DNA of 64,000 bases from Phyllobates terribilis. Lineage: Eukaryota. Made by a program: the position numbers and the translations under genes. The DNA lies in assembly GCF_046119375.1 (NCBI RefSeq), contig NW_027362772.1, positions 75,764,001 through 75,828,000 on the forward strand, in the 5' to 3' direction. A model generated the notes under the pieces. The model saw nothing but the letters and a program-made list of their open reading frames with translations, searched no databases and had not been told where the DNA came from. Shown here one piece after another: positions 32,675-47,726 of the stretch (the first letter of the stretch is position 1; each line of letters starts with the position of its first letter).

Positions 32675-34500
32675 GATACTCTCGTTGGATGCTGAGCAAG
32701 CATTCCATAGAGTCTCCTGGCACGCCATATATGATTCTCTTAAAAAGCTTGGGGTAGGGGTCTGGGGGACCCTTTTATAGCCAAAATCACGGCCCTGTAT
32801 CGCAATACGTCACCTAGGCTGAAGATAAATGGAACTGTAGCACCCTGAGGGCTCGGTTGCTACAGAGGTATTGCACCTCACCCAGAGGTGTGATATCTCA
32901 CTCTCAGGTAAGGATGTAGTGTGGATCAGGACCCAACACCTGCATGCATTACACCACATTGCCGTGGGGCAGGGCGACCAATATGCCTCTGAGATGGGCA
33001 CGACAGTCCCTGTCCCTGGCTGGAGTGGGGGGAGGGAACACTGAGGAAGGGGAACCCTGTAGTGCAGGAGCAGGGAGAAAGCATTTCCTGGGTGCATTGA
33101 GAAGGGAGTATAAAAGGTGGGCACCATCTTAGTTCAGTGCAGAGAAGTCTGAGCAGAAGTGGCAGGGAGCAGGGGCTCTGCATGAGCTCTGCTCCGGAGG
33201 CGGGCCTAGTAACAGAGGCCCAGGCCTGGAAGAGGGAGAAGGAAGGAAGAGGAGCGGAGAAGGCTCCAGGAACGAGGAATGAAGGGATCCCAGGGGTGCG
33301 GACGGGCGAGTCGCCACCGCACACCCGAATCCACCTGCGTGGAGGGGTCAGGCCAAAGGGGGAGACCGGTCCCCGAAACTAGTGGAGGCAGGAAATGACC
33401 CTCAGCTAGAAACCGCAGGCTCTGACATTTTATGTGGCGCAGCCCCTCGCTACACCCGCTAGGAAGGCACCACATAGGGTCAGGGAAACTGGCGCCAAGT
33501 TTACTAAGAGGAGGCCCGAGGCAGCCGGACAGAAGGGTTGGTAAGAAAGGCCAGACAAAGGACACACAAAGGGGGTCCTGTGAAGCGCTCCAAAGTTATC
33601 TGGGAGTTGTCTGAGCCCCTCACCTGGTGAGCACAGTACGACGTGGGCAGCCGTTACCTGCAGACGTGGTCTGGATAATAAGAACTGTGAGTAAAGGCCC
33701 TGGACTGCATCACTGACTCCGTGTCGTTACTGCTGCTGCCCTGCACCATCACCCCCATCCTCCGCATACACTGCCCTGAGGCTATACTCCTCTCGTGGGG
33801 AGTTATGCTACGCTCTGCTGCACCCACAACACCAGCCTCAGCGGTCTGCCCTGCAGCGGCGGTTCACTCTGACCGCAATCCACGGGTTTCGTAGTCGGAC
33901 ATTTAAACATCAAAACCACATAAATAGTTCCGCCACTGGTTTGACCACCCTGAGCCACGGAACCGGGTCGCCGCCACGAAGACTACAACCACCAGCATCC
34001 ACCAAAAAGGGTCCGGCTCCGGGTGTCCCAAGGCCCAGGGGGTGCATCAGAACATTTTCATCACCTTTCACAATCACCAATGGGACAAGGCAGGGATGTC
34101 CTCTGTCCCCTCTCTTATACATCCTAGTGATGGAGCACCTGCTCTCATCAATTCGCCATAACCCCAATATTAGGTGGATTGAGGTGGGAGGCACCGAGTA
34201 CAAGTGCTCTCTATTTGCTGATGATGTCCTAGTATATATCACTCAATCACATATATCCATCCATGCTGTTATGGCTGAAATAGATCACTTTGTTACATGG
34301 TCAAATTTTAAAATCAATGCAGCGAAGTCTGAGGCCCTCGATGTCTCCCTCCCCAAATCCATATAGGATTCCATCCAGTCCAACTTTCCCTTTGCCTGGC
34401 CCTCACAGGGTATCAAATACTTAGGAATTCCTATTCATAGAGACCTCTCCCATCTATGTTATCTTAATTTTGGGCCCTTTATTGAACAACTCCATACAGA
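32675..34500 (+). pseudogene. L1 (LINE-1) ORF2 reverse-transcriptase fragment, split by a solo LTR
   Basis: LSLDAEQAFHRVSW...IAKITALY...LKINGT|FSSPFTITNGTRQGCPLSPLLY...LFADDVL...FKINAAKSE...IKYLGI. Confidence 0.88.
32836..34049 (+). mobile_element. solo LTR (1214 bp)
   Basis: TGTAGCACCC...GGGTGCATCA. 4-bp TSD GAAC (32832-35, 34050-53). TATAAAA near 33110. Removing it restores the L1 frame. Confidence 0.88.
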
Positions 34501-36060
34501 CCACGGTTGGCAAGTTAGAACTGTAAGATTCACTACGTGAACCACTGGTGTTTTGTGGAAAAGCACATGTACACTGTGTTCCAAATTATTATGCAAAAAG
34601 TGTTTAGGAGTGATAAGGGAAGAATTTGTTTGTTTGTCAGTTAAACTCATTGATGGTGATGTGTGTCAGGGCTCTTTATATCACTGTAAGCAATTGCAGA
34701 CACCTGTGCTAATTAGTTTGGCAGGTGTGTCCAATGAAAGGCAAGACTACTTAAGAAGGCTGTCTCACATTATTAAGCAGCCTACATTTTCTGCCAAAAT
34801 GGGAAAGAAAAAGGATGTGTCGGCTGCTGAGAAGCAACAAATTGTGGAGTGTTTAGGTCAAGGCATGACTACAATCAACATTGTGTGATGATCAGGATGA
34901 AGTGTCTTGGCAATCAAGAAGTATGTAGCTGATTCACAGTGCACACGTGTGCGTGCTGATAAGGGCAAATTGAGGACTCTTTCCTACAGGCAATTACGTC
35001 AGGTTAAAAGAGCAGCGGCAAAAAAGCCTTGTCATAGTAGCAGACAAGTTTTTGAAGCTGCTGGTGCCTCCAACGTCCCCCGAACAACAAGATGCAGGGT
35101 CCTTCAGAGGTTTGCAGCTGTGCATACGCCATCCTGTCGACCTCCTCTATCCACTTCACACAAGCAGAAACGGCTCCAGTGGGCTAAACATTACATGAAG
35201 ACTGATTTCAAAACTGTTTTGTTCACGGATGAGTGCCGTGCAGCGCTCGATGGTCCAGATGCATGGAGTGGAGGATGGCTGGTTGATGGACACCCCACGC
35301 AAACACGGCTACAGCGCCAACAAAGAGGAGGTGGAGTAATGTTTTGGGCTGGAATCATGGGGAGAGAGATTGTCGGCCCCTTTAGGATCCCTGAAGGCGC
35401 TAAAGATGAACTCCATAATGTATGTGGATTTTCTCAAACAGCACTTCCTGCCATGGTTCAAGAAGAAGAACCGTGTATTTCACAGCAAGATCATTTTTTT
35501 GCATGATAATGCACCATCTCATGCTGCACATAAAACATCTGCATCTCTGGCTGATATGGGCATAAAAGGGGACAAACTTATGGTGTGACCCCCATGCTCC
35601 CCTGACCTCTACCCCATTCAGAACCTCTGGAGCATCATCAAAAGGAGTGTCTATGATGGCGGGAGGCAGTTCACATCTAAGCAACACCTCTGGGAGGGTA
35701 TTCTGTCCTCATGCAAAACAATTGAAGCAGAAACCATCCAAAACCTGACAAATTCAATGGACGAGAGAGTTCAGAAGCTCCTTTCGAACAAGGGGTCCTA
35801 TGTAAAATTGTAACATCACCTAGAATAAAGTTTTGAGTTGAAAACTGTTTGATTTCAGTTTCTAATAACCTGCTAATGCTTATAATTTCAAAAATGACCA
35901 TTTTTTTGGTCTTTATTAAAATGAAAAGGTTGATCGAAAAGTTTGGGGGATCTAAGAGTGTGGCAACCCAGTAGTCATGATTACTTCGAATTCTGACAAT
36001 ATGAGGTTCATGTTGCAGGTAGTGCAGCAAGAAGGCACTTATGTGTCTTGCGCATCTTGG
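34501..36060 (-). pseudogene. duplicated fragment of the hAT transposase (copy of ~36834-37100), interrupted by the TRT element
   Basis: 34501-34571 matches 36834-36902. 35945-36060 matches ~36990-37100 (LHYLQH..IVRIR...YWVATLLDP). Confidence 0.85.
34572..35940 (+). mobile_element. Tc1-superfamily DD37E (TRT-type) transposon, defective, right TIR deleted
   Basis: Starts TA|CACTGTGTTCCAAATTATTATGC. Transposase remnants at 34799-35813 (FTDECR; LHDNAPSH...MV*PPCSPDLYPIQNLW; 37 residues between D and the mutated E). Confidence 0.8.
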
Positions 36061-36380
36061 AGCCCCAAAATTATTTTCCGGGCTAGATGCAGCTAAAAAT
36101 TATTATTAATTTTAAATCTGGTGGAGCTTAGTATAGATGGCCTAATAGGATCAGTGCTGCACACTGCTACAAAGCCCAAATTATTTTCCAGCCAAGATAC
36201 AGATAAACATGATTAGTAATTTTAAATCTGGTGGAGCTTATTATAGATGGCCTAATAGAATCAGTGCTGCACACTGCTACAAAGCCCAAATTATTTTCCA
36301 GCCAAGATACAGATAAACATGATTAGTAATTTGAAAGCTTAAAACGGTTGGTAGGGTGATTTTAACCAATCATCAAGCTA

Positions 36381-39300
36381 TTACTCTCCCCAGGATGACA
36401 CAGGGGTAGAAAAGTCGTTTCGGATCCATGATTTGTTCATCTTTATGAACGTGAGTCTGTCTACATTATCAGTGGAGAGCCGCGTGCGCTTATCTGTCAG
36501 CACACCACCAGCAGCGCTGAACACATGTTCAGACAGAACGCTGGCTGCGGGGCATGACAAGATCTCCAAGGCGTAAGTGGCTAGCTCCGGCCATTTATCC
36601 AGATTGGAAGCCCAAAAAGAGCAAGGGTCCAGTGACACAGTCATGGCTTCAATGTTTACTTGGAGATACTCCTGTACCATCGTCTCTAGGCGTTGACTAT
36701 GTGTCAGACTTCTTGTCTCCTGTGGCCTTGCAAAGGATGGGCTAAAAAAGTGGTGAAATGATTCCGCAAAATTGATGTTACCAGCAGATACTGTGGTTCT
36801 GTTACGGTTTGAGTGCTGAACACTTGACGGTCCCACGGTTGGCAAGTTGGAACTGTGAGATTCACTACGTGCACCACTGGTGTTTTGTGGAAAAGCACAT
36901 GTAAGATTCTGCAACAGTCTCTGCTGATACTCCTGCATGCGTGCATCCCTTTCTATGGCAGGAATAATTTCGGCAAATTTACTTTTGTACCGGGGATCTA
37001 ACAGTGTGGCAACCCAGTAGTCAGGATTATTTCTAATTCTCACAATTCGAGGGTCATGTTGCAGGTAGTGCAGCAAGAAGGCACTCATGTGTGTTGCGCA
37101 TCCAGGAGCACCAAGTCCCTGTTGTGTTGGTGGCGAGGTAACAATCATGCTTCCTTCCTCTGTCCTCTCCCCCCAACCTCGCACAACAGAAATGTGATCA
37201 AGGTCTCCCTCATCTGATGAGTCTTCCATCAGTTCATCCTCCACTTCTTCCTGGGCTCCTGCACCTTCCTCACTAGTTTGGCTGCTACCATGCGCCCTGG
37301 TAAAACCATCTCCCCCACCCTCACATGCCTGCCGCCTTGGTGCTGCCGACCGTCTGGACCTTGCAGATGTTAGCCCTTCCGCATACAACTCCTCCTCCTC
37401 TACTTCCTCCACCTCCTCATGTGCCACCACCTGACTCCGAATTCTGTTTAACATGTGCTCCAGCATGTAAATCACCGGAATAGTCATTCTGATAATGGCA
37501 TCGTCAGCACTAAACATCTTTGTCGCCATTTCAAAACTGTGCAGAAGGGTGCATAGGTCCCTGATCTGAGACCACTCCTCCAGCGTGATTTGCCCCACCT
37601 CTGGATCTCGTTGGCCCAGGCTATACGTCAGAACGTATTGCACCAGGGCTTGTCGGTGCTGCCACAGTCGCTGCAACATGTGCAGAGTTGAATTCCACCG
37701 GGTAGGCACATCGCATTTTAGCCGGTGAAGTGGCAGGCCCAACGACTTCTGTAGAGATGTAAGTCGCTGAGCTGCGGGATGCGAACGGCGGAAGTGAGCA
37801 CACAGCGACCGTGCCCTCTGCAGAAGGCCATCTAGTCTGGGATAGTGGGCTAAAAATTGCTGGACAACCAGGTTCAACACGTGAGCCATACAAGGCACGT
37901 GTGTGACATTGCCCCGGCGAAGGGCCGCACCCAGGTTTGCAGCATTGTCGCACACGGCCTTCCCTGGTTTCAGGTCCAGTGGAGACAACCATTCATGAAA
38001 TTGGTTCTCCAGAGCTGACCACAACTCCTCAGCTGTGTGACTCACATTTCCCAGACATTTCAAAGTAAAAACCGCCTGATGACGTTGAGCCCTACTGCCA
38101 GCATAGTAAGGAGGTGTGCAGGATCCCTTCTGCGCAGTTAGAAAGCTTGTGGCATGACCAGACAGGCTTTGGGTGCAGGTGGAAGACCGAGAGGAGGTTG
38201 AGGAGGCAGAAGCAGTGGAGGAACTTTGACATAAAGAGGATTGACGCACAACTCGTGGGGACGGCAAGACTTGGACAGCAGCCCCTTGTCCTGCTGTCAC
38301 CATAGTTACCCAGTGCCCAGTCAGCGACATGTAACGCCCCTGTCCATGCCTACTCGTTCAAGTGTCTGTGGTGAAATGCACCCTGTCACACACAGAGTTT
38401 CTCAAAGAAGCGGTGATGTTGTGTGCGACATGCTGGTGGAGCGCAGGCACACCTTTCTTTGAGAAGTAGTGCCGACTGGGCATCTGGTACTGGGGCACTG
38501 CGACGGACATAAGGTCTCGAAAATCCACTGTGTCCACCAGGCGGAAAGGCAGCATTTCTGTAGCCAAGAGCTTGCAGATGGTGAAATTCAACCACTTAGC
38601 TTTCTCATGGCTAGGAGGAAATGGTCTTTTACTTGTCCACATCTGAGGGACCGAGGGCTGGCTATTGTGCTTAGACGGGGTTGATAAGGGTGTCCCCGGC
38701 AAACTGCCGGTCTGTGAGGAAGATGCAGGCGGACATGTTAGGTTGCCTTGATCCAAAGGTGGTGCTATCGATGTCGGACAGCGCTCAACACCAGCTGGTG
38801 TTACCACCTCCAAAGAAAAATGATGACCTGCCAATCACGCTGGCTGTTGCGGGTAAAGAGGTGGCAGGTCTGCGCCCCAAAACAGGTGTGACTGCTGTCC
38901 CCCCAGTCACAGAGGATGAAGAGGCCGCGGATGCACAAGATATGGCAGACGGTGGTTGGCCCGGCCGGCTAGGCCGCATTGTAGCACACTGAGCTTCCCA
39001 CTGCAACTTATGCTTCATGTCCATGTGCCGGTTCATGCATGAAGTACTCAAACGATGTATTTTTTGGCCTCTACTTAGCTTTTGCTGACAAATGTTACAG
39101 ATAACACGAGTTGGGTCATCTTTATCGATCTGAAAAAATGCCCAGGCTATGCAAGGCTTAGCACCCATGCGACCTGAAGAGCCACCACGACTTGTGGTGA
39201 GAGGCAGAGTTGTGTTTGAGGATGCAGTTGTTGACGTGCTTTCAGTACTACGTCTCTGTCCAGGAAGGCGCAACCTCACCTCGTCGTCACTAGCATCTTC

Positions 39301-40083
39301 CTCCACCTCCTCTGCTGACCTCATTTCTTGGCTGACTGTGGGTTGACAGTAAGTGGGATCTCCAACCTCATCATCATCACCCTGTGCGTTATCACACCCG
39401 TCGTCCTCAGAGCCAACCTGTTCCTGCCCTGACAAAAAACTAAAGTTGTCGCTCCAATCAGGTATTTGAGTCTCATCATCGTCTTCCTCATTGTCTCCAC
39501 CAACAGGAGTTACAGTTTGGGAATGAGGGTCTACATTATGGTCAGAACCTTCTGCGTCTGGTCCTGGATCCGACTCATAAAGATTCTGGGCATCAGTGCA
39601 GATCATTTCCTCATCTGGATTCATAGAAGCGCTGGAGTCGACCTCTGATTCCCAGGCTATAGTATGAGTAAACAGCTCTGCAGACTCAACCATCTGTTCT
39701 ACCTCATACTCAGACGGGCAGCTGGAGATTTGGGAGCTGTGAGGAAGCAAGTGCGATTGGGGTGACACCTTTGAGGACTGGAGTATTTGTGATGTTGAAG
39801 TTGATGTGGAGGAGAGCCCACTTAAAGGAGCACTTGATATCCGTTGAAGCACCTGCTGTTTTTGTGCCTCATCTGGAATTTGTAGCGATTGGCGTAGCCG
39901 TAAGAAAGGGATCTTATCACATTGTCCGCTAAAAGAAGTAGACATTTTAGTTTGGCTGGAAGATGGTCTTTCTTCTGCAGATGTTACTGTTGCTTTAACA
40001 CCTACCCCACGGACACAACCTTTTTTCCCCTTCCCAACACGCCTATTCCCCTTTCCACCAGCAGCAGGCCTTTTTCCACTCAT
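36381..40083 (-). pseudogene. hAT (ZBED-like) transposase, one frameshift (~38800) and one stop (38358-60)
   Basis: BED finger (W..F...VICNIC...MNRHMDMKH); HFTTDT*T; CDNAANL; CMAHVLNL; PTRWNST; LLDPRYK; C-terminal dimerisation domain (WPELATYALEILSCPAASVLSEHVFS). Confidence 0.93.
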
Positions 40084-40199
40084 TTTGGTGGTTAACTAAT
40101 TCACAACTCTGGAGTTGTTTGCACAAAAAAACAATGGATGGGAACAGAGCAGAGCTGAGTGGCCAAACTGTGGTATTAGGCCAAAACTATTGGCTGGGT

Positions 40200-41478
40200 T
40201 AGATGGAGAAAAAAATTATATTCGATTTGCAACCTGATGGAGGTCAGTATAGATGGACTAATAGAACAAGTCCCACACACAGCTAGAAGCCCAAATATTT
40301 TTTCAGAGGTAGATGCAGAAAAAAAATATATTCAGTTTGCAACCTGATGGAGGTCAGTATAGATGGACTAATAGAGAAAGTCCCACACACTGCTAGAAGG
40401 CCAAATATTTTTTCAGAGCTAGATGCAGACAAAAAATTATTTTGAATTTGCAACCTGATGGAGGTCAGTATAGATGGACTAATAGAGAAAGTCCCACACA
40501 CTGCTAGAAGGCCAAATATTTTTTCAGAGCTAGATGCAGAAAAAAATTATATTCAGTTTGCAACCTGTTGGAGGTCAGTATAGATGGACTAATAGAACAA
40601 GTCCCACACACAGCTAGAAGCCCAAATATTTTTTCAGAGGTAGATGCAGAAAAAAATTATATTCTGTTTGCAACCTGATGGAGGTCTGTATAGATGGATT
40701 AATAGAACAAGTCCCACACACAGCTAGAAGCCCAATATTTTTTCAGAGGTAGATGCAGAAAAAAAATTATTTTTAATTTGCAACCTGATGGAGGTCAGTA
40801 TAGATGGACTAATAGAGAAAGTCCCACACACTGCTAGAAGGCCAAATATTTTTTCAAAGCTAGATGCAGAAAAAAATTATATTCAGTTTGCAACCTGATG
40901 GAGGTCAGTATAGATGGACTAATAGAGCAAGTCCCACACACAGCTAGAAGCCCAAATATTTTTTCAGAGGTAGATGCAGATAAAAATTATTTTTAATTTG
41001 CTACCTGATGGAGGTCAGTATAGATGGACTAATAGAACAAGTCCCACACACTGCTAGAAGGCCAAATATTTTTTCAGATCTAGATGCAGATAAAAATTAT
41101 TTTTAATTTGCAACCTGATGGAGGTCAGTATAGATGGACTAATAGAGAAAGTCCCACACACTGCTAGAAGGCCAAATATTTTTTCAGATCTAGATGCAGA
41201 TAAAAATTATTTTTAATTTGCAACCTGATGGAGGTCAGTATAGATGGACTAATAGAACAAGTCCCACACACTGCTAGAAGGCCAAATATTTTTTCAGAGC
41301 TAGATGCAGAAAAAAATTATATACAGTTTGCAACCTGATGGAGGTCAGTATAGATGGACTAATAGAACAAGTCCCACACACTGCTAGAAGCCCAAATATT
41401 TTTTCAGAGCTAGATGCAGAAAAAAATTATATTCAATTTGCAACCTGATGGAGGTCAGTATAGATGGACTAATAGAAT
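40200..41478. repeat. ~110-bp tandem repeat (~12 copies) in the hAT 5' region
   Basis: GCAACCTGATGGAGGTCAGTATAGATGG recurs at 40229, 40339, 40450 ... 41440. Related units at 36061-36330 and ~32590-32672. Confidence 0.95.
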
Positions 41479-42576
41479 GATGCTATGCCCAAAAGATTTT
41501 ACTTCACTAGCTGCAGTAAAAAAATTGGTATTCTATACACAGGTGGTATATCTTGCAACACAGATAGGCTACTCCACTGACTAACACACTCTGCAATAGG
41601 CCAAAAAGGATTAGCTTTGCTAGATTCAGCCAAATGCTGTGAAAAAAACTTGCACAGCACTGGCACAGACCTGCCTGGCAAAAACTGATAGGAACTGATG
41701 TAACCTAGTCCTGAAAAGGACTGCAATTACAATTAGTCTTTACTCCCACAATCTATCTATTTAAGAGCACAGACCTGCCTGATAAAAGTCGTAGGAAATG
41801 CTGTAACCTAGTCCTTAAAAGGAGTGCAATCACAACTATTCCCTACTCCCAAGCTATCTGTAGATTTGTGCGAAAATTGGCTTGAAATTAACAAGGTATA
41901 GCGCACACAGCAACAGCGGTGCCGTCTAATACGCAGCTACAGCAGTGAGAAAATGGTGGCGACGGGGAAAATGGCTTGGTCTTATAGGGCAAGGACATGT
42001 GACATACACTGCCAATGACACATGCCCTTGCTTGTGTGAAAAACAGCACTTCGCTCCGTGTGTGCGCTGCTGATAGGCTGACAGACTGCACCTCCCCACA
42101 GCAAATGCGGGAAAGAGAAAAAAAAATGGAGATCTTCATTATTCCTGCAGAGATCCATCCCCTGCCCCTCCCCCCACCCCGCTGTACACTCAAACTGCGT
42201 ATTAACATTAATTTTCATCATTACTGAGAAAAAATCCAGTTATGATTTTGGTGCACGAACAGTTATCGAACATAACCTCGAACAGCCGAATTTTTCTCAA
42301 ATCGTTCGTGTTCGCCGAACGGCTCGAACACCGCCCAAAACAGCTCGAATTTGAGATTGGCGAACAGTTCGAGTAGAACAACGCTCATCTCTAGTCCTAA
42401 AGCCAAATTGGATATAATTCCACACCAAACCTAAAAAAGGGGGTGGACAAAAGTATTGGCACTGTTTGAAAAATCATGTGATGCTTCTCTAATTCGTGTA
42501 ATTAACAGCACCTGTAACTTACCTGTGGCACCTAACAGGTGTTGGCAATAACTAAATCACACTTGCAGCCAGTTAA

Positions 42577-43668
<1,092 letters not shown>

Positions 43669-44160
43669 GCTGAGGGTGTCAATACTTTTGTCTGGCAAAT
43701 TTTGGAGTTTTGTGTGAAATGATCAATGATTTGATTTTTGCTTCATTCTCTTTTGTGTTTTTTCCTTGCAAGAAAATTAAATGAAGATAATAATACCAAA
43801 GAATTTGTGATTGCAATCATTTTCAGGAAGAAGCTGAGTATTATCTGACAGAATTGCAGGGGTGCCAATACTTTTGGCCACCACTGTATATATTGAAAAA
43901 AAAATGGGAGTAACCTGCTAACAGATTCTCTTTAAAGAATGTTGCAATGTGATACTTACAATAAAACTAATGAAAAGATTATTTATCGATAATATTAATA
44001 TCATTATGTGATAAACTCCATACTGAAAATTATAAGAATATTAGAATCCACCAAGGAGCTCGATGTGAATATGAAATGATAAGGCCGAGCACAGACCATG
44101 AACGGACAATGGGGCTCATGCTTTATAATTTACAGAAATATTCTTTTAAATAAACACCTC

Positions 44161-47100
44161 CAGCAGCTGAGGTGTATTATGAGGTTCTGCAGCAGCTGAG
44201 GTGTATTATGAGGTTCTGCAGCAGCTGAGGTGTATTATGAGGTTCTGCAGCAGCTGTGGTGTATTATGAGGTTCTGCAGCAGCTGAGGTGAATTATGATG
44301 TTCTACAGCAGTGGAGGTGTATTATGAGGTTCTGCAGCAGCTGAGGTGAATTATGATGTTCTACAGCAGTGGAGGTGTATTATGAGGTTCTGTAGCAGCT
44401 GAGGTGTATTATGAGGTTCTGCAGCAGCTGAGGTGTATTATGAGGTTCTGCAGCAGCGGATGTTTATTATGAGGTTCTGCAGCAGCTGAGGTGTATTATG
44501 AGGTTCTGCAGCAGCTGAGGTGTATTATGAGGTTCTGCCGCAGCTGTGGTGTATTATGAGGTTCTGCAGCAGCTGAGGTGAATTATGATGTTCTACAGCA
44601 GTGGATGTTTATTATGAGGTTCTGCAGCAGCTGAGGTGTATTATGAGGTTCTGCAGCAGCTGAGGTGTATTATGAGGTTCTGCAGCAGCTGAGGTGTATT
44701 ATGAGGTTCTGCAGCAGCTGAGGTGAATTATGATGTTCTACAGCAGTGGAGGTGTATTATGAGGTTCTGCAGCAGCTGAGGTGAATTATGATGTTCTACA
44801 GCAGTGGAGGTGTATTATGAGGTTCTGTAGCAGCTGAGGTGTATTATGAGGTTCTGCAGCAGCTGAGGTGTATTATGAGGTTCTGCAGCAGCGGATGTTT
44901 ATTATGAGGTTCTGCAGCAGCTGAGGTGTATTATGAGGTTCTGCAGCAGCTGAGGTGTATTATGAGGTTCTGCAGCAGCTGTGGTGTATTATGAGGTTCT
45001 GCAGCAGCTGAGGTGAATTATGATGTTCTACAGCAGTGGATGTTTATTATGAGGTTCTGCAGCAGCTGAGGTGTATTATGAGGTTCTGCAGCAGCTGTGG
45101 TGTATTATGAGGTTCTGCAGCAGCTGAGGTGAATTATGATGTTCTGCAGCAGTGGAGGTTTATTATGAGGTTCTGCAGCAGCTGAGGTGTATTATGAGGT
45201 TCTGCAGCAGCTGAGGTGTATTATGAGGCTCTGCAGCAGCTGAGGTGTATTATGAGGTTCTGCAGCAGCTGAGGTGTATTATGAGGTTCTGCAGCAGCTG
45301 AGGTGTATTATGAGGCTCTGCAGCAGCTGAGGTGTATTATGAGGTTCTGCAGCAGCTGAGCTGTATTATGAGGTTCTGCAGCAGCTGAGGTGTATTATGA
45401 GGTTCTGCAGCAGCTGAGGTGTATTATGAGGTTCTGCAGCAGCTGAGGTGAATTATGATGTTCTGCAGCAGTGGAGGTTTATTATGAGGTTCTGCAGCAG
45501 CGGATGTTTATTATGAGGTTCTGCAGCAGCTGAGGTGTATTATGAGGTTCTGCAGCAGCTGAGGTGTATTATGAGGCTCTGCAGCAGCTGAGGTGTATTA
45601 TGAGGTTCTGCAGCAGCTGAGGTGTATTATGAGGCTCTGCAGCAGCTGAGGTGTATTATGAGGTTCTGCAGCAGCTGAGCTGTATTATGAGGTTCTGCAG
45701 CAGCTGAGGTGTATTATGAGGTTCTGCAGCAGCTGAGGTGTATTATGATGTTCTGCAGCAGCTGAGGTGAATTATGATGTTCTGCAGCAGTGGAGGTTTA
45801 TCATGATGTTCTGCAGCAGCGGATGTTTATTATGAGGTTCTGCAGCAGCTGAGGTGTATTATGAGGTTCTGCAGCAGCTGAGGTGTATTATGAGGTTCTG
45901 CAGCAGCTGAGGTGTATTATGAGGCTCTGCAGCAGCTGAGGTGTATTATGAGGTTCTGCAGCAGCTGAGGTGTATTATGAGGTTCTGCAGCAGCTGAGGG
46001 GAATTATGATGTTCTACAGCAGTGGAGGTGTATTATGAGGTTCTGCAGCAGCTGAGGTGAATTATGATGTTCTACAGCAGTGGAGGTGTATTATGAGGTT
46101 CTGTAGCAGCTGAGGTGTATTATGAGGTTCTGCAGCAGCTGAGGTGTATTATGAGTTTCTGCAGCAGCTGAGGTGTATTATGAGGTTCTGCAGCAGCTGT
46201 GGTGAATTATGATGTTCTACAGCAGTGGAGGTGTATTATGAGGTTCTGTAGCAGCTGAGGTGTATTTTGAGGTTCTGCAGCAGCTGAGGTGTATTATGAG
46301 GTTCTGCAGCAGCGGATGTTTATTTTGAGGTTCTGCAGCAGCTGAGGTGTATTATGAGGTTCTGCAGCAGCGGATGTTTATTTTGAGGTTCTGCAGCAGC
46401 TGAGGTGTATTATGAGGTTTTGCAGCAGCTGAGGTGTATTATGAGGTTCTGCAGCAGCTGTGGTGTATTATGAGGTTCTGCAGCAGCTGAGGTGAATTAT
46501 GATGTTCTACAGCAGTGGATGTTTATTATGAGGTTCTGCAGCAGCTGAGGTGTATTATGAGGTTCTGCAGCAGCTGAGGTGTATTATGAGGTTCTGCAGC
46601 AGCTGTGGTGTATTATGAGGTTCTGCAGCAGCTGAGGTGAATTATGATGTTCTGCAGCAGTGGAGGTTTATTATGAGGTTCTGCAGCAGCGGATGTTTAT
46701 TATGAGGTTCTGCAGCAGCTGAGGTGTATTATGAGGTTCTGCAGCAGCTGAGGTGTATTATGAGGCTCTGCAGCAGCTGAGGTGTATTATGAGGTTCTGC
46801 AGCAGCTGAGGTGTATTATGAGGCTCTGCAGCAGCTGAGGTGTATTATGAGGTTCTGCAGCAGCTGAGCTGTATTATGAGGTTCTGCAGCAGCTGAGGTG
46901 TATTATGAGGTTCTGCAGCAGCTGAGGTGTATTATGATGTTCTGCAGCAGCTGAGGTGAATTATGATGTTCTGCAGCAGTGGAGGTTTATCATGATGTTC
47001 TGCAGCAGCGGATGTTTATTATGAGGTTCTGCAGCAGCTGAGGTGTATTATGAGGTTCTGCAGCAGCTGAGGTGTATTATGAGGTTCTGCAGCAGCTGAG

Positions 47101-47569
47101 GTGTATTATGAGGCTCTGCAGCAGCTGAGGTGTATTATGAGGTTCTGCAGCAGCTGAGGTGTATTATGAGGTTCTGCAGCAGCTGAGGTGTATTATGAGG
47201 TTCTGCAGCAGCTGAGGTGTATTATGAGGTTCTGCAGCAGCTGAGGTGTATTATGAGGTTCTGCAGCAGCTGAGGGGAATTATGATGCTCTGCAGCAGTG
47301 GAGGTTTATTATGAGGTTCTGCAGCAGCGGATGTTTATTATGAGGTTCTGCAGCAGCTGAGGTGTATTATGATGTTCTGCAGCAGCTGAGCTGTATTATG
47401 AGGTTCTGCAGCTGCTGAGGTGTATTATGAGGTTCTGCAGCAGCTGAGGTGTATTATGAGGCTCTGCAGCAGCTGAGGTGTATTATGAGGTTCTGCAGCA
47501 GCTGAGGTGTATTATGAGGTTCTGCAGCAGCTGAGGTGTATTATGAGGTTCTGCAGCAGCTGAGGTGTA
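44161..47569. repeat. 29-bp minisatellite, left arm (~117 units)
   Basis: Unit CAGCAGCTGAGGTGTATTATGAGGTTCTG with recurrent variants. Confidence 0.97.
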
Positions 47570-47726
47570 CAGTCATGGCCAAAAGTTTTGAGAATGACAC
47601 CAAAATGATATTTTCACATGATCTGCTGGCCTCTGGTTTTTATTAGTGTTTGTCTGATGTTTATATCACATACAGAAATATAATTGCAATCATATTATGA
47701 GTACCAATAAGTTATATTGACAGTTA

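Larger units (their letters stand above)
31806..42393 (-). mobile_element. hAT DNA transposon, 10588 bp, carrying nested cargo
   Basis: Perfect 8-bp TSD GTCCTAAA (31798-31805, 42394-42401). TIRs TAGTGTTGAGC / TAGAGATGAGC. Dense GTTCG/CGAAC subterminal motifs at both ends. Confidence 0.95.

Noticed and set aside
32831-34053. Shared target sequences among LTR insertions (GGAAC/GAAC; CTAT at 22429 and 59340)
   Set aside because: Different LTR families, only 4-5 bp, and too few sites to distinguish from chance.
36381-40083. Host ZBED gene
   Set aside because: Bounded by hAT TIRs and a perfect 8-bp TSD; has a frameshift and a stop.
40200-41478. Regular ~110-bp array (and the 29-, 35-, 39- and 91-bp arrays) as CRISPR-like
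   Set aside because: Units are near-identical along their whole length with no unique spacers; eukaryotic context; no cas genes.
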